NCBI GenBank assembly: GCA_965198115.1
Contig: OZ240241.1
Span: forward strand, 1,984,001 to 2,048,000
DNA: 64,000 nt
Source of the DNA: Candidatus Latescibacterota bacterium
GTDB taxonomy: Bacteria; Latescibacterota; UBA2968
Direction: 5' to 3'
Part shown: positions 30,501-38,326 of the stretch, piece after piece
Position numbering within the stretch: the first letter of the stretch is position 1
Layout of the letters: each line of letters begins with the position of its first letter
The notes under the pieces: generated by a model
What the model saw: the letters and a program-made list of their open reading frames with translations, nothing else
Told to the model about the DNA's origin: nothing
Database searches by the model: none
Made by a program: the position numbers and the translations under genes

Positions 30501-32340
30501 CATTGCTGAACCGATTGACCATAATCTGGAAGTCGAACCAACCCGTGCGGGCGACCTGGTCGGCCGGGCCGAACTCAGCTCCACTCCCAAAGCGTGCTTC
30601 GTAGGTCGGTCCGATCGTGGCCTTGTCGACGACCAGCGTACGAACGCCGGCTGCGCTGTTCGTGGGACCGATCTGCTGGTAGGTTACGAGCGCGCCCGAA
30701 ATGGGCACCCTCGGAAGTGCGAAGTCGATGTTCCTGTCGTACTTGACGATGCGGCCCTTGAGGGAATGTCCTCTGTCCTGAAGCTTCAGCTTCGAAACAC
30801 GAAAGAAGTCCGGGTCCTCGACCGCCTTGAGGAAGGCGCCCGCCAGCGTCTGTGTCTGGCGTGTCACGTTGGCGACGCTCAGATTGTTCAGATTATCCAA
30901 CGGCGTATCGACAAGACGACGGCTCGTCGACGGTGCGGCGACCGTAATACCTTCCTTTCCCACGAGTGTGACCATCTCGCTGTCGAACCCGAGACGGACG
31001 GGCATGAAGTTCTTCCACGTGCGCTTGGGGGGTGCGATGGCATCGATGTGGCGAACTTCGTCGGGGAAGACACGAGCGAGGTAGGCGTCGAATTTGTCGG
31101 CGTAGGGAGCCAGCAGGTTGTTCAGGTAGTTGTCCGTCAGCCAGGTGTTGTTGTTGAACGTGCCGTGTGAAAAACTGGCGATCTGGTCCGACTCGCTCGA
31201 CAGATCGAGTCCCACGAACAGACGAAAATCGACCTTTTCGCTGTCGGGAATCCGCTCCCGGAAGAACTCGCTCTCGCGCGAGTGCTTATAGAGAAAGTCG
31301 AGAACACCCCTGAGGCTCTGGAAGTGCGACCCTGTCGCGAGGAATTTCACAGTGTACTTGGGTGGGTGGTTCTTGAGGACCTCCGCCAGGTGCAGCATCG
31401 CCGTGATCCCTGTTGCGTTCTCGGCGCCCGGCGCCCGTGCGGGAACGACCGAAATCGCATCGTAGAAAGAGCTGACGACGACGATCTGATCTTTCCACTT
31501 ACGCTCCTGACGTTCCGTAATGTAGCCGTCGACGCCCGGAATCGTCGCGATCAGGTTCCACGAGGGAACCTCCTCCCAGGTCATCTTGGAACGCAACGTA
31601 ACCGTCGCTCCGTCCTTCGATAGCGCCAGCAGACGCTTGGCCGGGCCGTCGTCGACCCAAAAGCGCGGCAGGTCGGCCGGAACAAGCAGGAACTTGTCGG
31701 ACGCCTCCTGCCGCGTGACACGACCGTTATCGTAGAAGATCACGGCCGACGCACCAAGCATCCGGGGATTGAAATAGTTCTGCCCACAATCGAAGTCGAG
31801 CAGCACGATGCTGCCCTGCATGGGCTTGCCGCCGAGTTCCTGAAACGAGCCCTTGCCGCCATAGACGATCGGTCCTTCGATCCCCCCGCGGGGTACCGAC
31901 GGCGTCTGCACGTGGTTGGGCCACAGCCCGTGAACCTCGACCACTTCGCCACTGACTTCAACGGTCACCGATGCGCCGTGGTCGATGGGCACCGTGACGT
32001 CGTGTTGCTCGACCTCGGTCTGGATACCCAGCCGACTGAACTCATCCCGTACGTAGTCGAATGCTGCCGTGTGACCGGCGTAGCCCGGCACGCGCGAGGG
32101 GTGACTCGTCAGCGAAGCGAGGGTGGCCCGAACGTCGTCCTCGGTGATGTCCTCGGCGATCCGTCTGATTTCGCGGTCGCGTTCTGTAATGACGACCGGT
32201 TGGATCTCGGGAATGGAAGGCTGGATGTTGAAGAGCTTGACGAAAAAATCCGTAACTTGACCCGGGTTGAAGATCGTTACGGACGAGAGCATGAAAATGG
32301 CGATGAGCCACAGGAAGGCAGTGCCGAGTTTTTTCAGCAT
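27571..32340 (-). CDS. FtsX/MacB-type permease fused to PA + degenerate M28 peptidase-like domain
   Basis: SRVPGYAG, GPIVYGGKG, YD...APGAENATG; ISNLRKRPLRTGLT; AVYERFREIGIYSAVG FtsX motif. Confidence 0.75.
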   Translation of the reverse strand: MLKKLGTAFLWLIAIFMLSSVTIFNPGQVTDFFVKLFNIQPSIPEIQPVVITERDREIRRIAEDITEDDVRATLASLTSHPSRVPGYAGHTAAFDYVRDEFSRLGIQTEVEQHDVTVPIDHGASVTVEVSGEVVEVHGLWPNHVQTPSVPRGGIEGPIVYGGKGSFQELGGKPMQGSIVLLDFDCGQNYFNPRMLGASAVIFYDNGRVTRQEASDKFLLVPADLPRFWVDDGPAKRLLALSKDGATVTLRSKMTWEEVPSWNLIATIPGVDGYITERQERKWKDQIVVVSSFYDAISVVPARAPGAENATGITAMLHLAEVLKNHPPKYTVKFLATGSHFQSLRGVLDFLYKHSRESEFFRERIPDSEKVDFRLFVGLDLSSESDQIASFSHGTFNNNTWLTDNYLNNLLAPYADKFDAYLARVFPDEVRHIDAIAPPKRTWKNFMPVRLGFDSEMVTLVGKEGITVAAPSTSRRLVDTPLDNLNNLSVANVTRQTQTLAGAFLKAVEDPDFFRVSKLKLQDRGHSLKGRIVKYDRNIDFALPRVPISGALVTYQQIGPTNSAAGVRTLVVDKATIGPTYEARFGSGAEFGPADQVARTGWFDFQIMVNRFSNAVLAYDFDEDGHISYAPDFGTEGDSGGASNSKSKFPTLQKYGWWENEMMEVVFESRSLSVFEIIDSSYLTALDKMQILNEDDVTPLEFSFSYVKAQSTLEGDVTRAGVAFAKYVPELEGTDPLKILMSTGLFGVKYLLLNAPMDLLERPIDKWDVDEELKKRARGTGHTSGVIFRPSFEAAKDMWVVDDVRMKQLAQYGIENQRLTMFHTRARDALRQANERLKDYDYEGFMEAARRAWGLEARGYPEVMATANDTVRGIIFYFILLLPFSFFCERLLFGFPDITRRLFGFAGFFFLFFLILRFVHPAFKLSNSPYIIFLAFVIMALGGVAMVIVVSKFGQEVRKMKAAAAGMYEADVGRLSATAAAVTLGISNLRKRPLRTGLTAVTLTLLTFTTLSFTSVQTSLQFYKLPRDNKPSYQGVLVRDRAWRGMQESVLDYLRSEFVGRATVVPRAWYMSQVRGERAYVNFERTTEASAPPMSRATYIDFDVGLTTGKDSFVNAVMGLTPDEPKVTDIDQHLVSGRWFEPGEEFVCILPHDLAELVSIYPEDVGTARIKVMGQVFTVIGIIDSDGLNKFKDLDDEKLTPVDTVKEKDDLADAQDQDPRVVAAAPIETFTHLESTNTFIVPYEFVQDVGGTLNSVAISDFQDESGAPKANFVPDIEAFMARVSLTMFVGYEEGVTVYSSIGSTSLSGLGSLFVPILIAALIVLNTMMGAVYERFREIGIYSAVGLAPNHISALFLAEAGVFATLGAVFGYLIGQVLVLVLFERGLLGGLELNYSSLSAISATLIVMATVFLSTLYPAKKAADMAVPDVTRKWEFPEPDGDRWVFDFPFTVGGGEVLGMYTYLTRVFQSYGEGSVGDFVADNIEFTSQDVQGEPQFEIHLTAWLAPYDLGISQNVELKAIPEGEHNIYRIEVVINRLSGDVASWKRINRGFLNALRKRFLVWRTIPGDLKHNYAEEGSQILAGETVETTA

Positions 32341-32520
32341 GTGATGTTTGCTCCGCGGCGTTCGGATCGGCGATGGGCCCGAATGGGCCGGGTGATCGTG
32401 AGGGGGATCTAGCTACATCGCGGCAAAGAAAAGACAAGGAAATCGGAGTGTCAAGCGAATTTGCCCCACAAAACTGCGCGTAATTGGGGGTTTTTCAAGC
32501 CCTTCGGCACAGGCTGCGTC

Positions 32521-32549
32521 TTGACGCGCCGGAAAGGGGCGGACATATT
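32521..32549 (+). promoter_or_regulatory. Sigma70-like promoter of the wzi-like gene
   Basis: TTGACG-17 bp-CATATT, ending 8 nt before the GTG. Confidence 0.5.
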
Positions 32550-32557
32550 CCCCTCAC

Positions 32558-34255
32558 GTGACCGGCCAGCCCAACACGACCACACGGACGTTCGCCAAAT
32601 CGATCTCCCTCCTGGTCCTATATGCCATCCTTCTGCGCTCCGGATCGCTCCTGGCCGATGCAACCCCCAGCGTGCCGAGCGGTCATCCGGTTTACGCCTT
32701 CCTGGAACGAGCCGAGACCCGGGGTTACCTCACCCACCGTCTCCCGGCCATCCGTCCCCTCTCCCGGGAAACGATCGCCCGATTCCTCGCCAACGTACGC
32801 ACGAGAAATCTGTCCCGCGCTGAGCAAAACGAAGCCAACCGCTACGACCTCGAGTTCCGAGACGAGTTCGTCCGTTTGGGAGAATCGGGTCTCCCCAACG
32901 CGGCCACGGGCGCTCTGCCTTCTCTGCTGAACGGCAACTTCATGGTCTTCGGAGACGGGGATGGGTCCATCGTTGTCGATCCATTGTTTCGTCAGACCTA
33001 CGTGCGCTTCGGTGGAAACCTCAGCCCGGACGAGAACACATCCATCACCCGTGTCGGTCTGATCGCCCGGGGCCAAAAAGGTGACCACATCGGATACCGG
33101 ATCCAGCACCTCGAGGCGAGAGAATGGAGTTCGCGAGCCCGGACGACGCGAAACGATGTGGTCGCGCGACCGATCGAGGAAGTTCAGTTCAAGGGCAAGA
33201 CCGTCGATTTCCGCGAGACCCGTTTTCAGATGCTGTGGGCGAACGAATGGCTGACGCTCGACGTGGGAAAAGATCGCTTCAAGTGGGGGCCCTCACCGCA
33301 CGCCAATCTGTTCCTGGGCGAGCTCGGACCATCCTATTACTACGGCCGCTTCGAGGCCACTTACCGAGCGATTCGGTTCGCCCATTTCTTCGGAACCCTT
33401 TCGGCCCGTCCTGGGACGATAGACACCGCGCGAACGACCACCAGCAACGGCCACAGCCGACGGTTCAAGCCGGCCAAGAGGATGTCCGCCCACCGTCTGG
33501 AAATCGAGGTCGGACGTGTCCTGATCGGCCTCCAGGAATCGGTCGTCTACGGGGACCGGGGATTCGAACTCGCCTACCTCCCACCGCCGAGCGTCTTCGT
33601 GGGCGCGCAGAGTTATCTCGACGACACGGACAACCTCGCCGTGGGCGTCGACGCTTCCGTCCTACTTCCCTACAGGACAAAGATTTACGCGTCTTTGTTT
33701 TTCGATGACTTGAAGAAGTTCAACCCCGGCGACTTTGCGACGAAAACCGCCAAGCAGATCGGCATTCACACCGTCGATCCTTTCGGGCTCCACAACGTGG
33801 ACACCTGGGCCGAGTATTCACGAATCGACCCGTTCGTCTACACGCATCTGTTCGATATCAACGCATACGAACACTTCGACGTTCCTCTGGGACACCCACT
33901 GGGACCGAACACGGACCAGATACTACTGTCATCCACGTGGCATCCAACGGGCAACCTCACCGTCTCGGCGAGTTATGGACGCGTGCGGGCGGGTGAGAAT
34001 TTCCTGACCGAAACCGGCGATTTGGTCAACGTCGGAGGCGATCTGCAGCTCGGCCAGCGTCCGTCTGACCCGTCGACGAAGACCTTTCTCGACGGGCAAC
34101 GATCCACGACCACGCAGGTGATGCTCGATATCCGGATGGATCCCGCAAAGAACCTCTCCGTCGAACTTCAGTGGCAATGGCAGCGGCATGGCATCGGCCG
34201 CAGCGAGACGCGAGGCCGTAGAATCGACGCGAACCTCCATCTGAACGCGTTCTAG
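32558..34255 (+). CDS. Capsule assembly Wzi-family outer membrane protein
   Basis: HPVYAFLER..RPLSR N-terminus, GKDRFKWGP, AHRLE, ESVVY, PLGHPLGPN; terminal Phe. Confidence 0.7.
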   Translation: MTGQPNTTTRTFAKSISLLVLYAILLRSGSLLADATPSVPSGHPVYAFLERAETRGYLTHRLPAIRPLSRETIARFLANVRTRNLSRAEQNEANRYDLEFRDEFVRLGESGLPNAATGALPSLLNGNFMVFGDGDGSIVVDPLFRQTYVRFGGNLSPDENTSITRVGLIARGQKGDHIGYRIQHLEAREWSSRARTTRNDVVARPIEEVQFKGKTVDFRETRFQMLWANEWLTLDVGKDRFKWGPSPHANLFLGELGPSYYYGRFEATYRAIRFAHFFGTLSARPGTIDTARTTTSNGHSRRFKPAKRMSAHRLEIEVGRVLIGLQESVVYGDRGFELAYLPPPSVFVGAQSYLDDTDNLAVGVDASVLLPYRTKIYASLFFDDLKKFNPGDFATKTAKQIGIHTVDPFGLHNVDTWAEYSRIDPFVYTHLFDINAYEHFDVPLGHPLGPNTDQILLSSTWHPTGNLTVSASYGRVRAGENFLTETGDLVNVGGDLQLGQRPSDPSTKTFLDGQRSTTTQVMLDIRMDPAKNLSVELQWQWQRHGIGRSETRGRRIDANLHLNAF

Positions 34256-34350
34256 GACAAAGATGTTGCGTGGAGGGTGCTGATCCCTATATTCCCCGGC
34301 CGGACGGCGTCCGCCGTCACCCTGGATGAATTAATTAGGAGTCCTGATCG

Positions 34351-35208
34351 ATGAAGACAGCGACACGCGCACTCCTCGCTTGCACCACGATTTTGGGTAT
34401 AGGGGCGTGTGGCGGTCCGGAAAAGGCGATCGAGGACAGTCTGCGCGAGCACGTGATCTTCTTTTCAAACTTCGAAAAGGGCGTCGACGCGCTCTGGTCG
34501 GAAGGGGACACCCGTGCGTCGATCGATGGCGCTAAGACGCGCCATCAGCTGAGCGACGGCGTGGCAACGGCCGAGAAAGTTTCGGACGGATACCTTCAGT
34601 TTCAGACAGGATCCGGCGCGCTGGCCTACGCTGTCGAAAAGAACTTCCCCTACAGCGAATCGACGTGGGAAGGCGGTGCATCCTTCTGGTTGAGCGTGGA
34701 TCCGGAGGCGCTGTCCGAGGATTACCCTGAGCCGTTTCACGCTGGAAAGAAAGATGGCGGATACCCCTGGGATGACGGTGTCATCTTCGTCGACTTTTCT
34801 AAGGCGCCGGGGCGGTCGCTACGATTCGGGTGCTATCCCAACAAGGCCGACCAAAAGGCCGAACTCTCCGACGAGGCGGTGGCCCAGCACGTGATCGAAG
34901 CAGCCGGGATCAGTTGGAAGGCCGACGAATGGCACCACGTTGCGATCGGTTGGAAAAACTTCAACAGCGGGCAGTCGAACGCGGAGTGGGCCCTCTATGT
35001 CGACGGAACCGAAGTAGGTCGGAAGACGGGCATGCGACTCGACATATCGTGGAACACGGCAGACCTGCCATTCCGTTTTAACCACTACGGCTACGCGGGC
35101 AAGATCGACGAGATCGCCGTCTTCAAAAAGATGCTCACTGCCGACGAAGCGAAATACCTGCACCAACCGAAACGCCCTCTGAACGCGCTGCTCAAGAAGG
35201 GGCCGTAA
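34351..35208 (+). CDS. LamG-like jelly-roll lipoprotein
   Basis: Lipobox GIGAC, EWHHVAIGW, LYVDG, GKIDEIAVF..LT. Confidence 0.75.
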   Translation: MKTATRALLACTTILGIGACGGPEKAIEDSLREHVIFFSNFEKGVDALWSEGDTRASIDGAKTRHQLSDGVATAEKVSDGYLQFQTGSGALAYAVEKNFPYSESTWEGGASFWLSVDPEALSEDYPEPFHAGKKDGGYPWDDGVIFVDFSKAPGRSLRFGCYPNKADQKAELSDEAVAQHVIEAAGISWKADEWHHVAIGWKNFNSGQSNAEWALYVDGTEVGRKTGMRLDISWNTADLPFRFNHYGYAGKIDEIAVFKKMLTADEAKYLHQPKRPLNALLKKGP

Positions 35209-35229
35209 TCGGTTGCCACACAGAAATTA

Positions 35230-35266
35230 AAGGCGGCGTCAGATCGATCTGGCGCCGCCTTCTTTC
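35230..35266. terminator. Bidirectional intrinsic terminator
   Basis: AAGGCGGCGTCAGA-TCGA-TCTGGCGCCGCCTT with A/T-rich flanks. Confidence 0.75.
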
Positions 35267-35279
35267 TGTGGATTCGAGC

Positions 35280-35527
35280 TCAATCGGCCGAAGAGACCAA
35301 ACCCAGGATCACGTAGAGCATGCCGCTCGCAAGAAGACCCGCAACGCCCCCCTGCACGAGGGCGGATTGCAGCGTGAGCGGTTTTACAAAAAGCCAGTAA
35401 ATCGAAATCGAGATGGCCAGGGGGAGCAGAGCGTTCACTCGCCCCCCAGCCTGAACCGCCGGAGTAACAAGGCTCCCAGGACGGAAAGCAGCGCCACTCC
35501 GAATTGGTTACCCAGGTCGACTGGCAT
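35280..35527 (-). CDS. Small membrane protein(s): 30-aa ORF (35527-35435) + 52-aa ORF (35438-35280), or one ~82-aa protein split at a G6 run
   Basis: GGAAGGAG SD before ATG 35527; hydrophobic translation; ends just before the terminator. Not in the supplied ORF track. Confidence 0.6.
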
Positions 35528-35559
35528 GGCTCCTTCCAACAGATGTTCAACGCACAAAC

Positions 35560-35589
35560 TTCGGGCCCGCTAATTTCGGGCCCGCTAAT
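35560..35589. repeat. Perfect tandem duplication of TTCGGGCCCGCTAAT
   Basis: 2 x 15 bp read directly from the sequence. Confidence 0.9.
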
Positions 35590-35666
35590 ATAGGGCTCCG
35601 CCCCGCGAGGGGGCAACGGCTCTAAACCACTAAAGCCACGACCCTCTTTCACAATCGGAATCTGCC

Positions 35667-36362
35667 GTGAAATCCTGTCCGATCTGTCAAGACGAGCTCC
35701 CCGATGAAACGATCGTCCAGGCCGACGATCTAGGGCACTGCGTCGTCTGTGGTCGGAAGCTGGAAGCCCGGAGCGCTACGCCAACCGAAACCGCCACGGC
35801 GGCGGTTCAGCCCGCGATCGAATACGAGCTAACAGAATCCGAGCGTCGTCGGATGGAGGAGGTTCGGCGGCTACGCTCGATTGCCTACGGGCCTCCATCG
35901 AAGACCCTTCAGGCCACCAAACTGAAGGGCTTCCTCGCCCTGATGATCATCATTTGCATCCTCGTCTATGCCTACATCTGGGACAGACACCGACGCACTC
36001 AGCAGGCCGTCTCAAGTAGAGACCAGGTCACCTATCTCACGTTCAACGCACTGTTTGGCCCCTCGAGTCCGCTCAACCCCGAAGAGAAGATCGATCAGTT
36101 CCGGCACTTTCGATCGTTGAAGGTCAGGTGGAAGGGCGTCATATCTTACGTCAACAAGGGCAAAGCAAAAGATCTCTACATCATCCTTCGCCACCCGCTG
36201 AGCCTCGCGGCGTCCGACGTCCTCCTGCGATTCAGCGAAGAACATCGTCATCAGGTCGAATCCCTCAAGGTTGGGGAATCGGTCCGGTACACCGGCCAGG
36301 TGTCGGAATTCGATCGCGGCACGGGCTTCATCACAGTGAGAGAGGGACAGCTGCGACCCTGA
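35667..36362 (+). CDS. Zinc-ribbon + TM + OB-fold-like membrane protein
   Basis: CPIC...CVVC, one TM, VRWKGVI...LKVGESVRYTGQV. Confidence 0.6.
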   Translation: MKSCPICQDELPDETIVQADDLGHCVVCGRKLEARSATPTETATAAVQPAIEYELTESERRRMEEVRRLRSIAYGPPSKTLQATKLKGFLALMIIICILVYAYIWDRHRRTQQAVSSRDQVTYLTFNALFGPSSPLNPEEKIDQFRHFRSLKVRWKGVISYVNKGKAKDLYIILRHPLSLAASDVLLRFSEEHRHQVESLKVGESVRYTGQVSEFDRGTGFITVREGQLRP

Positions 36363-36383
36363 TCGGTGCCGACCAATTTGATC

Positions 36384-36412
36384 TTGACGGGCGATTGAAG
36401 AGGTTGTATCTT
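36384..36412 (+). promoter_or_regulatory. Sigma70-like promoter
   Basis: TTGACG-17 bp-TATCTT upstream of the lipoprotein gene. Confidence 0.5.
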
Positions 36413-36507
36413 TTTTCGTCCGTACGTAAATAAGCTAATATCCAACGAGTTAGATAGATTCTGGGGTTCCGTTCGGCACCTCGGTAGTCCCACATAGGAG
36501 GGGAAGG

Positions 36508-37110
36508 ATGCGAGTTGTCCTTAAATTCGGCGTGGTCCTGGGCATGGTCACCATTGCCGCGGGGTGTGGGTCTCCTCCACAGGCCGAGCTCGATGCCGCA
36601 CAGGCCGCCCTCGACGCAGCCCGCCAGGTCGAGGCCGATGTTTACGCGCCCGACGCTTATAATCGCGCTAAGAACACGCTCGCCGACGCTCGAGCCAAGG
36701 TCGAGCAGAGCGACTACGAAGCTGCCAAAACAGCTGCTGTCCAGGCCAAAGATCAGGCCGAGCAAGCTCGTTCGCTCGCAGGCACCAACAAACAGCAGAT
36801 GATGACCGACGCTCAGAATATCGCGAACCGCGTGTCAACCGGCCTCGGCGACGCTCGCACCGCCCTCGACGGTGCACCCCGCGGCAAGGGTGCCGACGAC
36901 GATCTCGACCAGCTGCGAGCCGACCTGAGCCAGGCGGAAGCCTCCCTCAGCGATGCCAGAAACAACCTCAACAGTGGCAACGTCAAGTCCGCCCTCGACC
37001 AGGCGAAATCAGCAGACAGCAAACTCTCGTCCGTTCAGAGTGCGGTTCAGGTGGCGATGAAGAAAATCGAAGATTGGCAGGAGCGCCCCAAACCCTGGTA
37101 CGAACTGTAG
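36508..37110 (+). CDS. DUF4398-like Ala-rich helical lipoprotein
   Basis: IAAGC lipobox, PPQAELDAAQAAL..A...EADVYAP; strong SD. Confidence 0.75.
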   Translation: MRVVLKFGVVLGMVTIAAGCGSPPQAELDAAQAALDAARQVEADVYAPDAYNRAKNTLADARAKVEQSDYEAAKTAAVQAKDQAEQARSLAGTNKQQMMTDAQNIANRVSTGLGDARTALDGAPRGKGADDDLDQLRADLSQAEASLSDARNNLNSGNVKSALDQAKSADSKLSSVQSAVQVAMKKIEDWQERPKPWYEL

Positions 37111-37134
37111 GCGTTCGTAGCCGACGTTCATCGC

Positions 37135-37169
37135 GAAAACCGGGAGAAGTTCAACTTCTCTCGGTTTTC
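37135..37169 (+). terminator. Intergenic stem-loop
   Basis: GAAAACCGGGAGAAGT-TCA-ACTTCTCTCGGTTTTC. Confidence 0.6.
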
Positions 37170-37190
37170 CATTTGTGGGGAGCCCGGTTC

Positions 37191-37784
37191 GTGAAAAGAC
37201 TGCGGCGAACAGTCGCACTCAGCCTTGTGAGCGTCGGTCTGCTCGTTGTGGCGACCGCCTGTCCAACCCACGCCAGCGACGAGGAAGGACTCGCTCGCCG
37301 GATCACCAACCTCGAAAAAACGTTGGACCGATTTCGGGGCGACGCTCCCTACATCGTCATCGACACCACAGGTAACCGACTCACGATCCGAAAGAAGCAC
37401 GAGGTCCTGCGCGACGCGACTTGCGCGACCGGTAGCGGTAAGGTGCTCCTCGGTCGTAACGGAGAGACATGGAATTTTCTGACACCACGACGAGTCTTCA
37501 GCGTCACGAGAAAAACGCGCAACCCGGTCTGGAAAAAGCCAGTCTGGGCGTTCGTTGAAAAAAACAAAACCGCCCCCGTGTTGCCGTGGTCATTCGAGCG
37601 ACTCGATCCGACCACACTCGGGGCGTACGCGCTCGAACTCCAAAACAGCTACGCTATTCACGGGACGCTCTACCCGTCTCTTTTGGGTCGCCACATCACG
37701 CACGGCTGCGTACGTCTGGGCGACGACGATCTCGCGACGGCTTTTGAGCTCGTTCGCATCGGTACGCCCGTGTTTGTGTTCTGA
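37191..37784 (+). CDS. L,D-transpeptidase (YkuD family)
   Basis: YAIHGT...LGRHITHGCVRL catalytic motif; TP and PVW motifs. GTG start at 37191. Confidence 0.9.
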   Translation: MKRLRRTVALSLVSVGLLVVATACPTHASDEEGLARRITNLEKTLDRFRGDAPYIVIDTTGNRLTIRKKHEVLRDATCATGSGKVLLGRNGETWNFLTPRRVFSVTRKTRNPVWKKPVWAFVEKNKTAPVLPWSFERLDPTTLGAYALELQNSYAIHGTLYPSLLGRHITHGCVRLGDDDLATAFELVRIGTPVFVF

Positions 37785-38326
37785 TGTCCCTGCTCCTCAC
37801 CATCCTGCTCTGTTCTCCCTTTTACGTTTCATCTGAGTCGCCCCCTCTGCTTCCGCTCGACGTGCGCCACGAGGCTCTTCGGCACGAACTCCAGGTGGTC
37901 GAGCAGGATGCCGACCGCTACTACCTCATCATCGATCTGACGACCGGGCGGCTCGATCTAAGAGCGGGCGCGAAAATTCTGGCGCGGTGGCCCATCACGG
38001 TCGGCCCGACCTCGTTCGACGCCGGGGTCCATCTTCTCACATTGGAGCAGCACCTGGAGCCGATGACTTTCGAGCCTGGGCCCGCCAGGGGGAGACTTGG
38101 CGGTCGGTTCCTGCCCCTCGACTTTGTCGGCCGCCTGACGGAGGGTGCCCGGGCAGCAACGCGGCTCTACTTTACGCCCCCCTTCCTCCTCCAGGGCGAC
38201 TTTTTATCGAAGCCGGACGTCGCCGGCGTGACCCTGAACGGTCAGCACATCAAGTCGCTGGCCTCGGCACTCATCCCGGGTAGCCCAGCCATCCTCATTG
38301 CCGCGGGGACGGACTCGACCTCTTGA
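37784..38326 (+). CDS. Exported hypothetical protein, possibly a degenerate YkuD-like fold
   Basis: YLIIDL..GRLDL..G.KIL..WPI and the PGSPAILI ends resemble YkuD, but there is no His/Cys motif. Confidence 0.45.
   Translation: MSLLLTILLCSPFYVSSESPPLLPLDVRHEALRHELQVVEQDADRYYLIIDLTTGRLDLRAGAKILARWPITVGPTSFDAGVHLLTLEQHLEPMTFEPGPARGRLGGRFLPLDFVGRLTEGARAATRLYFTPPFLLQGDFLSKPDVAGVTLNGQHIKSLASALIPGSPAILIAAGTDSTS

Noticed and set aside
25857-31170. Long alternative-frame and antisense ORFs (e.g. 25857-27344, 29875-31170)
   Set aside because: Expected shadows of GC-rich coding sequence, with no motifs or translation signals.
35560-35589. CRISPR-like repeat
   Set aside because: Only two adjacent 15-bp copies, no spacers and no cas genes.
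35591-35650. tRNA-like sequence (GTGGCTTTAGTGGTTTAGAGC resembles a D-arm)
   Set aside because: No T-loop (GTTCRA), anticodon arm or matching acceptor stem.
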